In this document: piece after piece, positions 1-11,199 of the stretch
Position numbering within the stretch: the first letter of the stretch is position 1
Layout: each line of letters starts with the position of its first letter
NCBI GenBank assembly: GCA_043228905.1
Contig: JBHGNT010000010.1
Span: 19,778,001 to 19,842,000, forward strand
DNA length: 64,000 bases
DNA from: Azolla caroliniana
Lineage: Eukaryota > Plantae > Polypodiophyta
Direction: 5' to 3'
Position numbers and translations under genes: made by a program
Notes under the pieces: generated by a model
Told to the model about the DNA's origin: nothing
The model's input: only the letters and a program-made list of their open reading frames with translations
Database searches by the model: none

Positions 1-1999
1 GAAGACATCGTACATGGCAACCAGTTGTCTTTTCGACTTCGCTTTTGAATTTTTGGAAGTGTGTAAACACTTCGCTCTTCATCCTCATGGGAAAGATCCA
101 TGTGTATCTAGAGAAGTCGTCGATGAAGGTAACATAGTACCGACATCCTTCGAATGTGGCCGTCTGTGCCGGGTCCCATACATCCGAGTGGACTATGTCC
201 AATAGGCCTTTGGTCACGTTCCTCTCCTTCGGGAACAAGTGTCGATGTTGCTTGCCGAATTGGCATGCTTCACATACTCCTTGAATCTCTTTCTGTTTGA
301 AGGTCGGGAGCCCAATGAAGACTCCTTTTGATTGCATTGCCTTGAGTTTGTTGAGATTGATATGGCCGATTCTTTTATGCCATAGCTCTATGTCGGTGTC
401 GGGTTTGAGGCCCTTTGCAAACATGGCCGATTTTACCTCGTTCGCTTTGAGGATAAACATTCGGCCTTCCTTTCGACCACGAGCAATTAGTCGACCTTCC
501 TTCTCGATGAAACAACCTCCTTGATTGAATCGAACTTGCATCCCTTGCTCCACAATTTGGCCGACCGAGACCAAATTCTTCGTTATGGTGGGTACATGTA
601 AGACATTTTTTATGCAAGTTTGTTCACCTTCTTTCCCGAATGGGACATTGCCGACATGCCGAATTGGATGAGTGGTGTTGTCTCCGGTCTCAACATAACC
701 GGGTCAATCCGGCTCTCGAAGGTCTTTGAACCATTCTGGATGGGACGTCATATGGTTCAAAGCACCGGAGTTGACGAACCATACATCTTCCGGATTGGAG
801 GCATTAATCGAAGTAGAGGCCAACATAGAATTTTCTCTATGTCTCATTACAAACATTCCACCATGATCTTCATAGTAGGAGTTGGTGGCGTAATTGGTGA
901 GTTGTCGGCTTGTGGAAGCCGACTCACGCTTCTTCTTTCGACACTCTTCTTCATGGTGGCCGATTTTTTCGCAATAACTGCATTCGATCGAGGTTTGTTG
1001 GCTCGGACCGGAATGGAAGCTCCCCCTTCTTCTGAGGGTTCCTCGATGGCTTCCATTTTGTTGCCGAAATTGGGAGTTGTTGTCAGAAGTTGGACCTCGT
1101 CCGCCTCGTCCTTGGCCGAATCAGCCTCTTGCTCGGCTGCGTCCTCTTCCTCCATTCGAATGTGTGTAGAGCATGTGGCCTTTTGAGGTGTTGCTCCCTG
1201 TTCGAACATGGTTTTCTTCAACCAACAACATGGATCATTGAAGATCGAAGAAAGAGGGAGGATTCTCCCTTGCTAGGACATCGATTCTCATTGCGCCGAA
1301 CCGTGGTGCAAGGCCGCCGAGGCATATTTGCATCATCTTATCATCATCCACATTGATGCTTATTGAGCCGAGCGAGTCACAAAGCTCCTTGATCCTCAAG
1401 GTGTAGCTTGTGATGGACATGTCCCGTTGTTGGATGTTGTTCAACTCTTGGTGGAGTTGAAGATTTCGTGCCGTTGTATTGGCGGTGAATATCTTCCTTA
1501 GATTCTCCCATGCTTCCTTTGGCGTCGTGGCTTCTCGAATGTAGCCGAGCATGTGATCATGAACACATGTCGCCAAGAAATACATTACTCGACTCGCCGC
1601 TTGTTCCCATGTTGAGTAGTCAGCGTCCTTTGGGTCGGGTCGATTTTCTTGTGCTCCTTTGATGTAGCCCCAATAACCTTGACTAATAAGGTATTGGTGC
1701 ATCTTGTATTCCCAAGATGCGAAGTTGTTTCGGTCCAACTTCTCGTTAGGGAGAGCGTTCCCCATTTGAGTATTCATGTTATTCGATGTAGATTTTATTC
1801 TTCTTCTTCTCTCTTGAATACGAGCTATGTAGCTGCACTACGATAGTGATGAGCCAGTTCTTCTTGAACGTCGGCGTGGAGCACAACACACGCGGATGGG
1901 CTAGATCGAGCTACCAAACCGCTCTAACACCACGTAAAGAATCGATGGTGATTCTTGTGCAACGGAATAGACTAGAGATATGTGTTGTGAGTGTGTGTG

Positions 2000-2074
<75 letters not shown>

Positions 2075-2370
2075 CAAGATAGATTTTTTAACAACAATAA
2101 AATACTCAAGAAGTTGTATATTACAAAGGAGATTACTCGACCTTATTACAAAGTAGGAGGATAGTGCTTTATATAGTCATTCTCTCTCTTCATTAAATAC
2201 CAAAGCTCATGGGTCATGGGGAATGTGAAAACTCATTAGTTATGTGTCATAGAATATGATTATATGACACAAAGTTAATGTGTAGACAAGAGTGGTGACT
2301 TTTGACCTTTGAGTGCACACTCTCAAGGGTGTGTTCACACACTAGACTAGGTTGAGCTTGATTCTCAACA
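1..2370 (-). mobile_element. Ty1/copia LTR retrotransposon (element A), degenerate, 5' part only; runs off the left edge
   Basis: The minus strand carries a copia gag ORF at 1235-1777 (EKLDRNNFASWEYKM...EAWENL...LNNIQQ), followed by zinc-knuckle, protease and integrase remnants toward position 1. A degenerate tRNA-iMet PBS lies at 1921-1932 (gctctaacacca on +). The 5' LTR at 1933-2370 begins TGTTGAGAATCAAGCTCAAC on the minus strand and is homologous to the LTRs at 40456 and 47700. Confidence 0.92.
1933..2370 (-). repeat. 5' LTR of copia element A, containing a (GA)n tract at about 2002-2070
   Basis: Reverse complement aligns with the LTR at 47700-48090 and abuts the PBS. Confidence 0.88.
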
Positions 2371-3239
2371 ACAAGAATGACACTACATATCAACATCATC
2401 ATGAACTAGGTTACGAAGCCAATTATATACTAACTAGGCTAGGGCTACTACCCTTTGACATATTTACTTTATTGTCCTAAACCTAGTATGTCCAAGAGGA
2501 CAGTGTGAATACGGCCATTATACACTCGTATTCGACACTCCCTTGTAATAGGCGTATCCAACAAAAAAAATCTGTATAAAGGAATGAACATAAATACATA
2601 TTTATACAAGTTTGTTGAATAGGTCGGCTTTTGTCCAATTTGTCAATGTCCTAGAAACAAGAAGTCAGATCGGCGAAGCCGAAAGGGCCGAGCTCGAGTT
2701 GGATGATTTGAAAGTGAGTTCCAATCGAAGAGTCTGGAGCCGATGGATCTAAACCTATGGATCTTGTAACTCAATTGATTGTTTTGACGGAATTGAGGTA
2801 GGTATGCCAAAACATCAAATCTTTCTTGTAGGGAATATATATATATATATATATATATATGATTATATCTATCCATACCGGTTGGCTTGGTGGTTTTTTG
2901 CATGTAGTAAAGACAACTAGTTGTAGCCTCTATGAGTATGAACATCTAAAGATCTATGTCGGTCGGTCGGTTACATCTTATGTTATGACTTATTGCATTA
3001 CAGTTAAAGTCGGTTTCGATGGTCACTACATGTACAACTAACTACCCACCTAGTCATAAGTAACTAGTCTAATTATAATTGTCATTTTTCTTATTAAATT
3101 TTTCTTCTTCCCTAACAATGGGATTTTCTGGAATAAGAAGCAAATCATGAACCATCGTAGTGTGTTTAGAAGAATATTACAGTGTTCCGGGAGGTTAATT
3201 TTTTGTAATAATGCAAGATATATATATATATATATATAG

Positions 3240-3870
3240 AATTTAGAATTAATACCTGATGATTTAGACTTTGAGGTCTAAGAATTTGGAAGCAGATGAT
3301 AGCTTTAGAGTTATATTGAAACAGAAAAACGATATAACATTAAAAAAAAGATAGAGAGTCTCAATTACATATCTATCTCCGTGGAGATGGAAACCAATTT
3401 GTAGGTGCAGATGTAGATATGGATATACATAGATAGATAGATAGATAGATAGATAAGACAAGTCAAATCAGAGAGATGTAGACTTTGAAACATCTAATGA
3501 TTTAGATTTGATGTCTAAGAATTTGGAAGTAGATGGATAGCTTTAGAGTTATATTAAAACAGAACTACGATATAACATTAAAATAGACAGAGAGCCTCAA
3601 TTTGTCTATCTTCCGTGGAAATGGAAATCCAATTTGTAGATGTAGTAGATATCAATTTCAAGCCAAATCAGAGTTATTTAGACTTTGACATCTAAATTAT
3701 GATTTAGATTTGACGTCTAAGAATTTAGAATTAGATGATAAATCAGAGAGATTTAGACGTTGAAAGGTCCAAATGATTTAGATTTCAGGTCTAAGAACCT
3801 AGAAGTAGATGATGGCTTTAGAGTTATATTGAAACAGAAAAACGACATAGAACATTAAAAAAGACAGTCT
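3240..3870. repeat. About 3 degenerate tandem units of ~230 bp upstream of ACX4 copy 1
   Basis: The unit atgatttaga(c/t)ttga..tctaagaattt.gaa.tagatga...tttagag.tatattgaaacagaa...gatataacattaaaa..gacagag recurs near 3258, 3497 and 3700-3770. The same array lies upstream of copies 2 and 3. Confidence 0.75.
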
Positions 3871-3884
3871 GAGACGACCTTTCA

Positions 3885-4387
3885 TCTCCATTAGCATCAC
3901 CTGTGACGACATCAATTCCTATCTTTCCCTCCCCATTTAATCTTCTCTTCTGTTCGTCAATCTTTAAAAGTACTTTGGTTTTCTTGCAAGAAAAGGCTCT
4001 AAGAGATCCCCCCGATTTCTACTTGTTTCTAATCATACCATTGTAACAAGTAAATTTTGTCTTCCTCTTTGTGTTTCCCCCCAATTTGTTCTCGTCTCTG
4101 TTAATTAAACCCTAAAGCTCGTTAATTGTTAGCTTTGACCCATCGTAAGGGAGAGAATCATCCTCCACATGGGAACTTTCTTGATACATTTGTGAAAATC
4201 AATGGTGTGTATGTATGTATGTATGTATGTATGTATGTATGTATGATCGCGGAAACATGAATACATATATCTGTCGGGCGAAAAACATATATAATTTGTC
4301 GAATGTCTTAAAGAAAGCTGCTTCAATAAATTTAGAGGTTTGTGCTTTCTAATCTCCTTAGCTTTGAACTAGGAAGGATAGGCAGCA
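3885..4387 (+). promoter_or_regulatory. Putative core promoter, non-coding first exon and 5'-UTR intron of ACX4 copy 1
   Basis: The block catcac(c/t)tgtgac(g/c)acatcaattcc, a CT-rich tract and aagaaa(a)ggctc...acaa|gtaa (donor at 4050) are conserved upstream of copies 1, 2 and 4. The acceptor lies near 4361 or 4372. Inferred from paralog conservation only. Confidence 0.55.
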
Positions 4388-4829
4388 ATGGCTGATCAGA
4401 GGAGCCTGCAGAGAATCGCCACAATAAGACATCATTTGCAGCCTGCTTCAAGTGGGACACCAAGTATGTGTGAACTTTAGTATTTGAAAATGTAGTATCA
4501 CAATGTTAATCTTGTTGGGTATTTAATCAGAATACCCCCCCCAAGTTCTCCCAAAATTGACAACACACACACACACACACACACACCAAAATTTACCACT
4601 AGAGGCCGGTTTTTTTGAACTATATTGTGTCAGGCTGCATCTCATTGTAACATGTTATAATGTTTGGTTTAACAGGGCATAGTGCAGAGCTCTCAATAGA
4701 AGAGAGTTCACAAGTATGCATAAATCCCACTTCAGCTTCTTGGGGTGAGGACCTCTTGCTGAGAGATCTGTTTCTGTTTTTTTTTAGGTTATCAATGTAA
4801 TTATATCTATCTATCTATCTATCTACATA

Positions 4830-4906
<77 letters not shown>

Positions 4907-7900
4907 GTATGAATGAATGTATGCATATATTTACTGTTTTTTTATGTGATAGAATTGGATGCTGAACGTGCTAAAGTGGGGCTGGATATGGCGATTGCAT
5001 TCCCTCAAGCAACACCAGCCTCAAAATTTCCTCCATGTGGTAACAGCAAATCATATTTTCTTGTGTCATAGTAATTTAGGTGTCCAAGGGATAATAAAAT
5101 TTAAAATTGAAAGAGTTCCAAGGGATATTAATAAAAACAGAGATTCAGTGAGTTTGCCACAATTGATTAAAAAAAAAGGTTGGAGGAAGAAAACTTGAGA
5201 TATGAATTCTATTGAATGTCTGTTTAAAAGGAAATCTGGCATTAATTCTTAAGCTGGGTAGGTCTAGCCAGAGGAAGAATTTTGCTCTTTAGCATTGGAA
5301 TGGTTGAAAGTTTTTTTGGCAGTAAGGATGTGATGCTAATAGAAATTTGTGTTAACTTTAGCAAATAAAAAAAATGCTAAATCTGAGGATAATGAATTTG
5401 AGATTAAGGATTAGAATGGGTTAAGGGATGCAAGATGGTTGGACAGGGATCTTAGGAATTGATTAACTATTGAACACAGTAAGTACTTAAACAATTTTTT
5501 TCCATTTCAGGATATATTAGGGTAACTATTGATGGGGCAGCCCTAACAGTATAAGAAAGAGAAATGCCATTAATACAAAAAAGAGATTGGATTTAGCCAT
5601 TAAAGCTTGGAATGGTCTGGTTGGAGTAGGGGTTTAGGGTTAAATTTTCACTCATTTCCATATATATATATTGGTTTTTTTGTGTGTGTCCAGTCTCGGA
5701 TTACTATCAACTCGATGAGCTTTTAACAGCTGAGGAGAAGGCGGTTCGTGCTCGAGTAAGAGAAACTGCAGAAAAACACATCGCGCCTATTATAACCAAA
5801 GTAATCGGAAAATTCCTTGACAAAAAAACAGAAAAAAACGCCCTTATTAAATTGGTCTTTGCCATTGTACTAAATTATGATTCTGATTCATGAATGCACC
5901 TAAAAATTCTGTCAGTATTGGGAGAAGGCGGAGTTCCCATTTGAACTTGTACCGAAGTTTGCAGAGTTAAAGGTTTCTGGAGGTACAATCCAGGTAGGTA
6001 CATACTTTTTCTTTTTCCAAAAAAAATCTCCTTCCGTTAGTTATAAAATTTTACAAATGAGACGATTATATACAAATCCTTGTAGGGATGCAGGTAGGTA
6101 CATACTTAGGTTCATTTCTCTTTTTGTAATGTAAATAGAGTAGAAAAAAAACCATTGATATTTTCTAAAGCTTTAGAAGCTTTTTAGAGAGATTACATTG
6201 GTTGATTGATTTGAATACAATATGGTTCCTTACCTAAAAGTAACAGTCGGCAAAGGTTTGGTTTGGTTTGAACCGAACCTCTAAACCGTGGCTTAACAGT
6301 TTAAACGGTTTGGTTTGGTTAGAAACCGTGGTTTAAACAGTTTATTGTTTTTTATTTTTTTTAAAATTGTAAATTTTTAAAATTATTTTTAAAACAATCT
6401 TTTCCTTTTCAAGCCTTATTCTCACATTTTAGGAAAATCTTTAAAATTTTGAAAAATTTAAAATTTAAAATAATGAAATATTTTAAAATTTTAAAATTTG
6501 AATTTTGACCTTAGTTGAAAAACCAAAACCGAACCACGAAATCGAGGTTTTAATGGTTTGAATTTTTTTAACGGTTCAGTTCAAGTTTTTAATTTTTTTA
6601 AAGGTTTGGTTTTAACACTCTCAAACCGAACCGAACTGTTACCGAATGTTACCTAAAAGAAAGAGAATTCTGATTGGGTAATAATGCTCTTAAACTCCTC
6701 AATACATTGTGAGAAGCCCTAGGTTTTAAGAATATAGAAGTTGTAGAATGAGTAAAAAGCCAACATTTTAATGTATTGTTAACAATTTATCATAAAATTA
6801 TTGAAGTATAGTAGAACCTTTGGATTAAAAAGAATAATCAATTATTTTACAGAAGATGATGTAGTTGTTGAATGCAGGGTTATGGATGCCCAGGGTTATC
6901 TATTGTTGGGGTTGCAATTACTATGTCTGAAATTGCACGAGTTGATGCAAGTTTGGCTTCCTTTATGTTGGTGCACACATGCCTAGCCATGCTTACAATT
7001 GGTAAATATTGCTTCATTTCTTATCACATTTAAATGGATCTTGTTTGTAATGCAACCAGCTAATTCTCATGCCACTATTTTGCAAAACCACATGCACATG
7101 TTTGTTGTTAAATCTTATGCAAACTCCTTGGGATCGATTTTTTTTGTGTGTGTGTGACTAGCAATGTGTGGAAGCGAGGAACAAAAACAAAGATATCTGC
7201 CATCTCTTGCTAGTTTTGAGAAAATCTCGTGCTGGGTAAGGTTCGTTAATTGTTTACCAGTGCAGATGATAACATTGTCAATATATGGATCATAAATACA
7301 TGATGCAGGCTTTGACGGAAGCCGATTATGGTAGTGATGCAAGCTCTTTGGCAACAACAGCATCAAAGGTATTTCTTTTTATGCCTTAGTTGTTTTGTAT
7401 GAACTCTAATTTCCTGTTGTATCCTCCTCAAGCTTGTGAAGTTATCGTATTTTGGTCACATTGTGATAAATGCATTATTCCTTGAAATTTATTGACTGAA
7501 TTTGCAGTTAAATTACCATAATTTATGCTACTTGAATAACATCAGTGTTTAAATCAGGTGGAAGGAGGATGGTTACTTAATGGACAGAAGAGATGGAATG
7601 CAAACTGTACTTTTGCTGATGTTCATGTTGTTTTTGCTCGGAATACACAAACCAACCAAATTAATGGGTCAGGAGTGTTCAACTACTTATTTTAACATTC
7701 TGGGTTTGGTAGATACATCTGACATGTTCTTATGTGCCTAATAAATAGATTTATTGTTAAGAAAGGAACGCCTGGATACACAACAACAAAGATTGAGAAC
7801 AAAATCGCTGTGCGAGTTGTACAAAATGGAGACATTGTCCTAAAAGAGGTGTTTGTTCCTGATGAGGATCGCCTCATTGGAGTAAACTCTTTTAAAGATA

Positions 7901-8894
7901 CAGCCAAGGTTGTAAAGTCTTTGTATATAATACTAGTTAATTAATAAGGGGGCTTAGAGGGGCAACAATGTCTTTGAAAAATATCTAAATAAAAAAATGA
8001 AGGGCAATCATCGAAAGAGAAAATAACTTAATAGGAAGTGTTAAAATGAATATAATGAAAGTGACGTGAAGGTTAACACGTGCATGTGTTTGATCCAAAT
8101 TATGCCTAACATATGTGCAATAAATATTGTAATGTTGTAGGTGCTTGCAGTGGCTAGAATTGTAGTTGCATGGCAAGCAATTGGTATAAGCATGGGAGTT
8201 TATGACATGTGTGAAAGGTGCTTTCTTTCTGAATGCTAAATAATAGAAACCTTGTGAAATGTAGAAAGGTTTATCCAGATTTATAACAATATGTTCTGAA
8301 ATGGAAATTCTTCAGATATCTCCATGAGAGAAAGCAATTTGGAGCCCCGTTAGCATCGTACCAAATCAACCAAGAGAAGCTAGCTCGCATGCTAGGCAAC
8401 ATACAAGCTATGTCTCTTATGGGATGGAGAATATGCAAGCTATATGAAGCAGGAAAGATGACACATGGACATGCAAGCTTAGCAAAGGTTGTTATGGTGC
8501 TTAATATTATACACATATGTATAGAGATAACTCTCCTAATAGATTAGATTTTATATTGTCATAGGATGTTAGAGATGACATGTGGACCAAAGTGAAATAG
8601 TTTTATGCAATGATTCTTCACTTCCGAAGAATTTTGCTTCGCATGTGTTATGTTTGAGCACACATTGAGGCCACAAGAGAGTGAACGTGTTGTGTTGTGT
8701 GTCGATAGAGCATTTGGGGGGTTGGGTTTTCTTTGGCCCTAGGAAGACTAGTAGAAGCACTTAAAAACATATGTAAACATCCACGTTCTTAAAATTCTAG
8801 AGAGCAATATTGATGAAATTAGGATGCCAAATTGATAGAAATAGCAATATGATGTCAGAAAGCTAAACAAACTAATCTTTTAACATGATTATGC

Positions 8895-8934
<40 letters not shown>

Positions 8935-9366
8935 CACACGGTTTAGCATAGTTGGCAAAGTTGTTCTATGGGAAGCTAGAATGTCATACATTCAAACACT
9001 ACGTTCGGTGGTGCTTCTTTGATGTTACATTCATCAAAGATGTCATGAGAATATGTGAGAATGGCGTGAAATTATATATATGAGCAAGATTGTGGGGTCC
9101 TAAACTATGGGAGATGAACTAAAGGAGTTATTTGTTTGATTTCGTCTTAGGGAATATGGCACGTGAATGTGCTTGACAATTTTGTGTATGTCAATATGTG
9201 CTTGGTGTCATGTTCGTGAGTATGTATATATATGAGTGGGCGAGCATGTAAACTTGCCTTTCATACCATGTTCCTGAGTATTTGTAATATACGAATATGT
9301 GTATGTATATTATATGAATAGGTGTATGTATGGATGTAGTTGCGTGAATATGGGTGTGTGTGTAAA

Positions 9367-9445
<79 letters not shown>

Positions 9446-9991
9446 TTTTAGGCTTGGAATAGTTTACGTGCAAGGGAGACAGTGGCATTGGGTCGAGAAC
9501 TGCTCGGTGGAAATGGCATTCTTGCTGACTTTCACGTGGGGAAGGTTTGACTCACACATTTTTCTAGAGCCTTGGATTCGAGGATAGGGCAAAGAATAAC
9601 AGAAAATACCCATGTCTTTTCGGATATTTGCCAGAAAATACCCATGAGTTTCCAAATAAATATTAGAATATCCAATAACAGTAACTCTCATAAAAATTGC
9701 CAAGTAGGGAGTATTTGGTAATTTGGAAATTTAGGGATAGTCCGGTAAATATCCAAAAATGGCAGGGTATATGCTGGTGTTTGCCCCTTGAAAATATGCA
9801 AGCTTGCATTATATGTATATACATTGCCCTAACATTTTGATTTATAGGCATTCTGCGATTTGGAACCGATCTACACTTATGAAGGCACATATGACGTGAA
9901 CTCTCTTATTGTTGGAAGAGAGGTGACTGGGATTGCAAGTTTTAAAGCTCCTTTTAAAGGGGAAAGGGTGAAACAAAATGGGTATCTCTAA
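4388..9991 (+). CDS. ACX4: Acyl-CoA oxidase 4-like protein (acyl-CoA dehydrogenase fold), copy 1; intact, 14 exons, 476 aa, N-terminal PTS2
   Basis: Exons 4388-4463, 4676-4744, 4953-5039, 5694-5800, 5916-5993, 6878-7001, 7162-7235, 7309-7368, 7558-7667, 7749-7908, 8141-8217, 8316-8487, 9452-9544, 9848-9991. All introns are GT-AG, phases are consistent and the total is 1431 nt. The translation matches plant ACX4 motifs ([76 protein letters not shown] with the catalytic Glu). Confidence 0.95.
6008..6090 (-). mobile_element. 83-bp 5'-truncated LINE (3' end only) with a 17-bp target-site duplication at the exon 5 splice donor
   Basis: Flanked by caggtaggtacatactt at 5991-6007 and 6091-6107. The insert matches the 3' tail of the LINE at about 39195-39278 (ctccttcc.ttagttataaaattttacaa...tacaaatccttgtaggga). 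Confidence 0.85.
6241..6651. mobile_element. hAT-type MITE in intron 5 of copy 1
   Basis: 8-bp TSD cctaaaag at 6233-6240 and 6652-6659. Imperfect TIRs taacagtcgg...ccgaatgtta, subterminal AACCG/CGGTT repeats and an AT-rich core. Absent from the equivalent intron of copies 2-4. Confidence 0.85.
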
Positions 9992-10079
9992 ATAAAAAAA
10001 CATTCTTATTGGTATAAATGCTTCAATCCTTTTGAATGGAAAAAAGGATGATAAAATAAATCCTTTGATTATATGTATC

Positions 10080-10295
10080 CATAGACTGACATATTCACAT
10101 TTGTGGGGGTTGGCAAACAAATGTATACGAATACACATGCGAATGCATGAAAAAATATTCATTAAAAATAAAAGAGAGCTCTTAAAGTCCCAACTTTTTA
10201 GTTTCTTAGATATATCATATATAATATAAGTTATAACAAACAGGGCATTGGTAATAAAAAAGGGATATTTTACATCACATTAAAAAGAAGACTTA
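10080..10295. mobile_element. Truncated MITE, same family as the element at 50828-51595
   Basis: Begins catagactgacatattcacatt...gaatgcatgaaaaaatattcatt, matching the left end of the 50828 element. Absent downstream of copies 2 and 3. Confidence 0.65.
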
Positions 10296-11199
10296 GAATT
10301 TGGAATATTCAATGAATCAATTGAGTTCATTCACATCTCACTTTTCTTATACTTTTTTGAGTATTTGAATTTTAGATATATAATACTTAGACGAGGACCT
10401 AATGTATCTTAGAGATTTGGCTTTTAAACAAATTATTTCTGAGGAAAGGGGTGTACAATGAATTTCTTTGTAGAATCTAGCATTAATGTGCATACACGGG
10501 CGATGATTTTCATGGCGGTGGATTCCTATAACCTGTTTGTTCTTAAGGATAAGCACCAAGGATGTATACCATGAATTTAAGCACTCTAAATGTATCAGAG
10601 TAAGGCTTGTATACAAGTGATTCGTACAAGTGATGACTTGATAGTGCCCATGTATGGGAGAGGGGTGTGTGTGGTGGTTTGTTGAGTAGCATGTACCATG
10701 TTTTGATGGAGGCATGGAAGCAAAATGTATTTACAAAATTTTCCACCTCAATATTAACAACTAGCTTTGAGCATATATACATACAGAGAGGATAAACAAC
10801 TCTTGACATGAAGTATTTGGGACTATGCATCAAAATCTTAGTAACTATTAGATCAGACACACATACATGAAATCAGCACATCCATTCCTTCTCGTTTTCC
10901 CGAAGTAAATGAAAAGGAAGGAGACAAAGAAGAGAGATAGACAGAGATAGAGATAGATAAGTGGTGTACATAGAAGAAGAAGAGACTACATCAACATAAT
11001 TGGCCAAGTGCTACTACAACATTCTTCTTCGATGGCAAGTTCGAATGTCATCTTGTCTATTCCAGGCTAATTATCCTCTTATTATTTTTGTTTTCCTTCT
11101 AATTGGGGCAAAATATATATGGAAGGGATGGATAAATGTATAAATGAGAGATAAATACAAAGTAAGAGAAGAGAAAGAGAAGATGAAGTTAATTTAAAG

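Noticed and set aside
4714-4720. Possible earlier exon 2 donor (caa|gtatgc)
   Set aside because: It gives the wrong phase for exon 3 and the GT is absent in copies 3 and 4 (caattatgc). The donor after 4744 is conserved in all copies.
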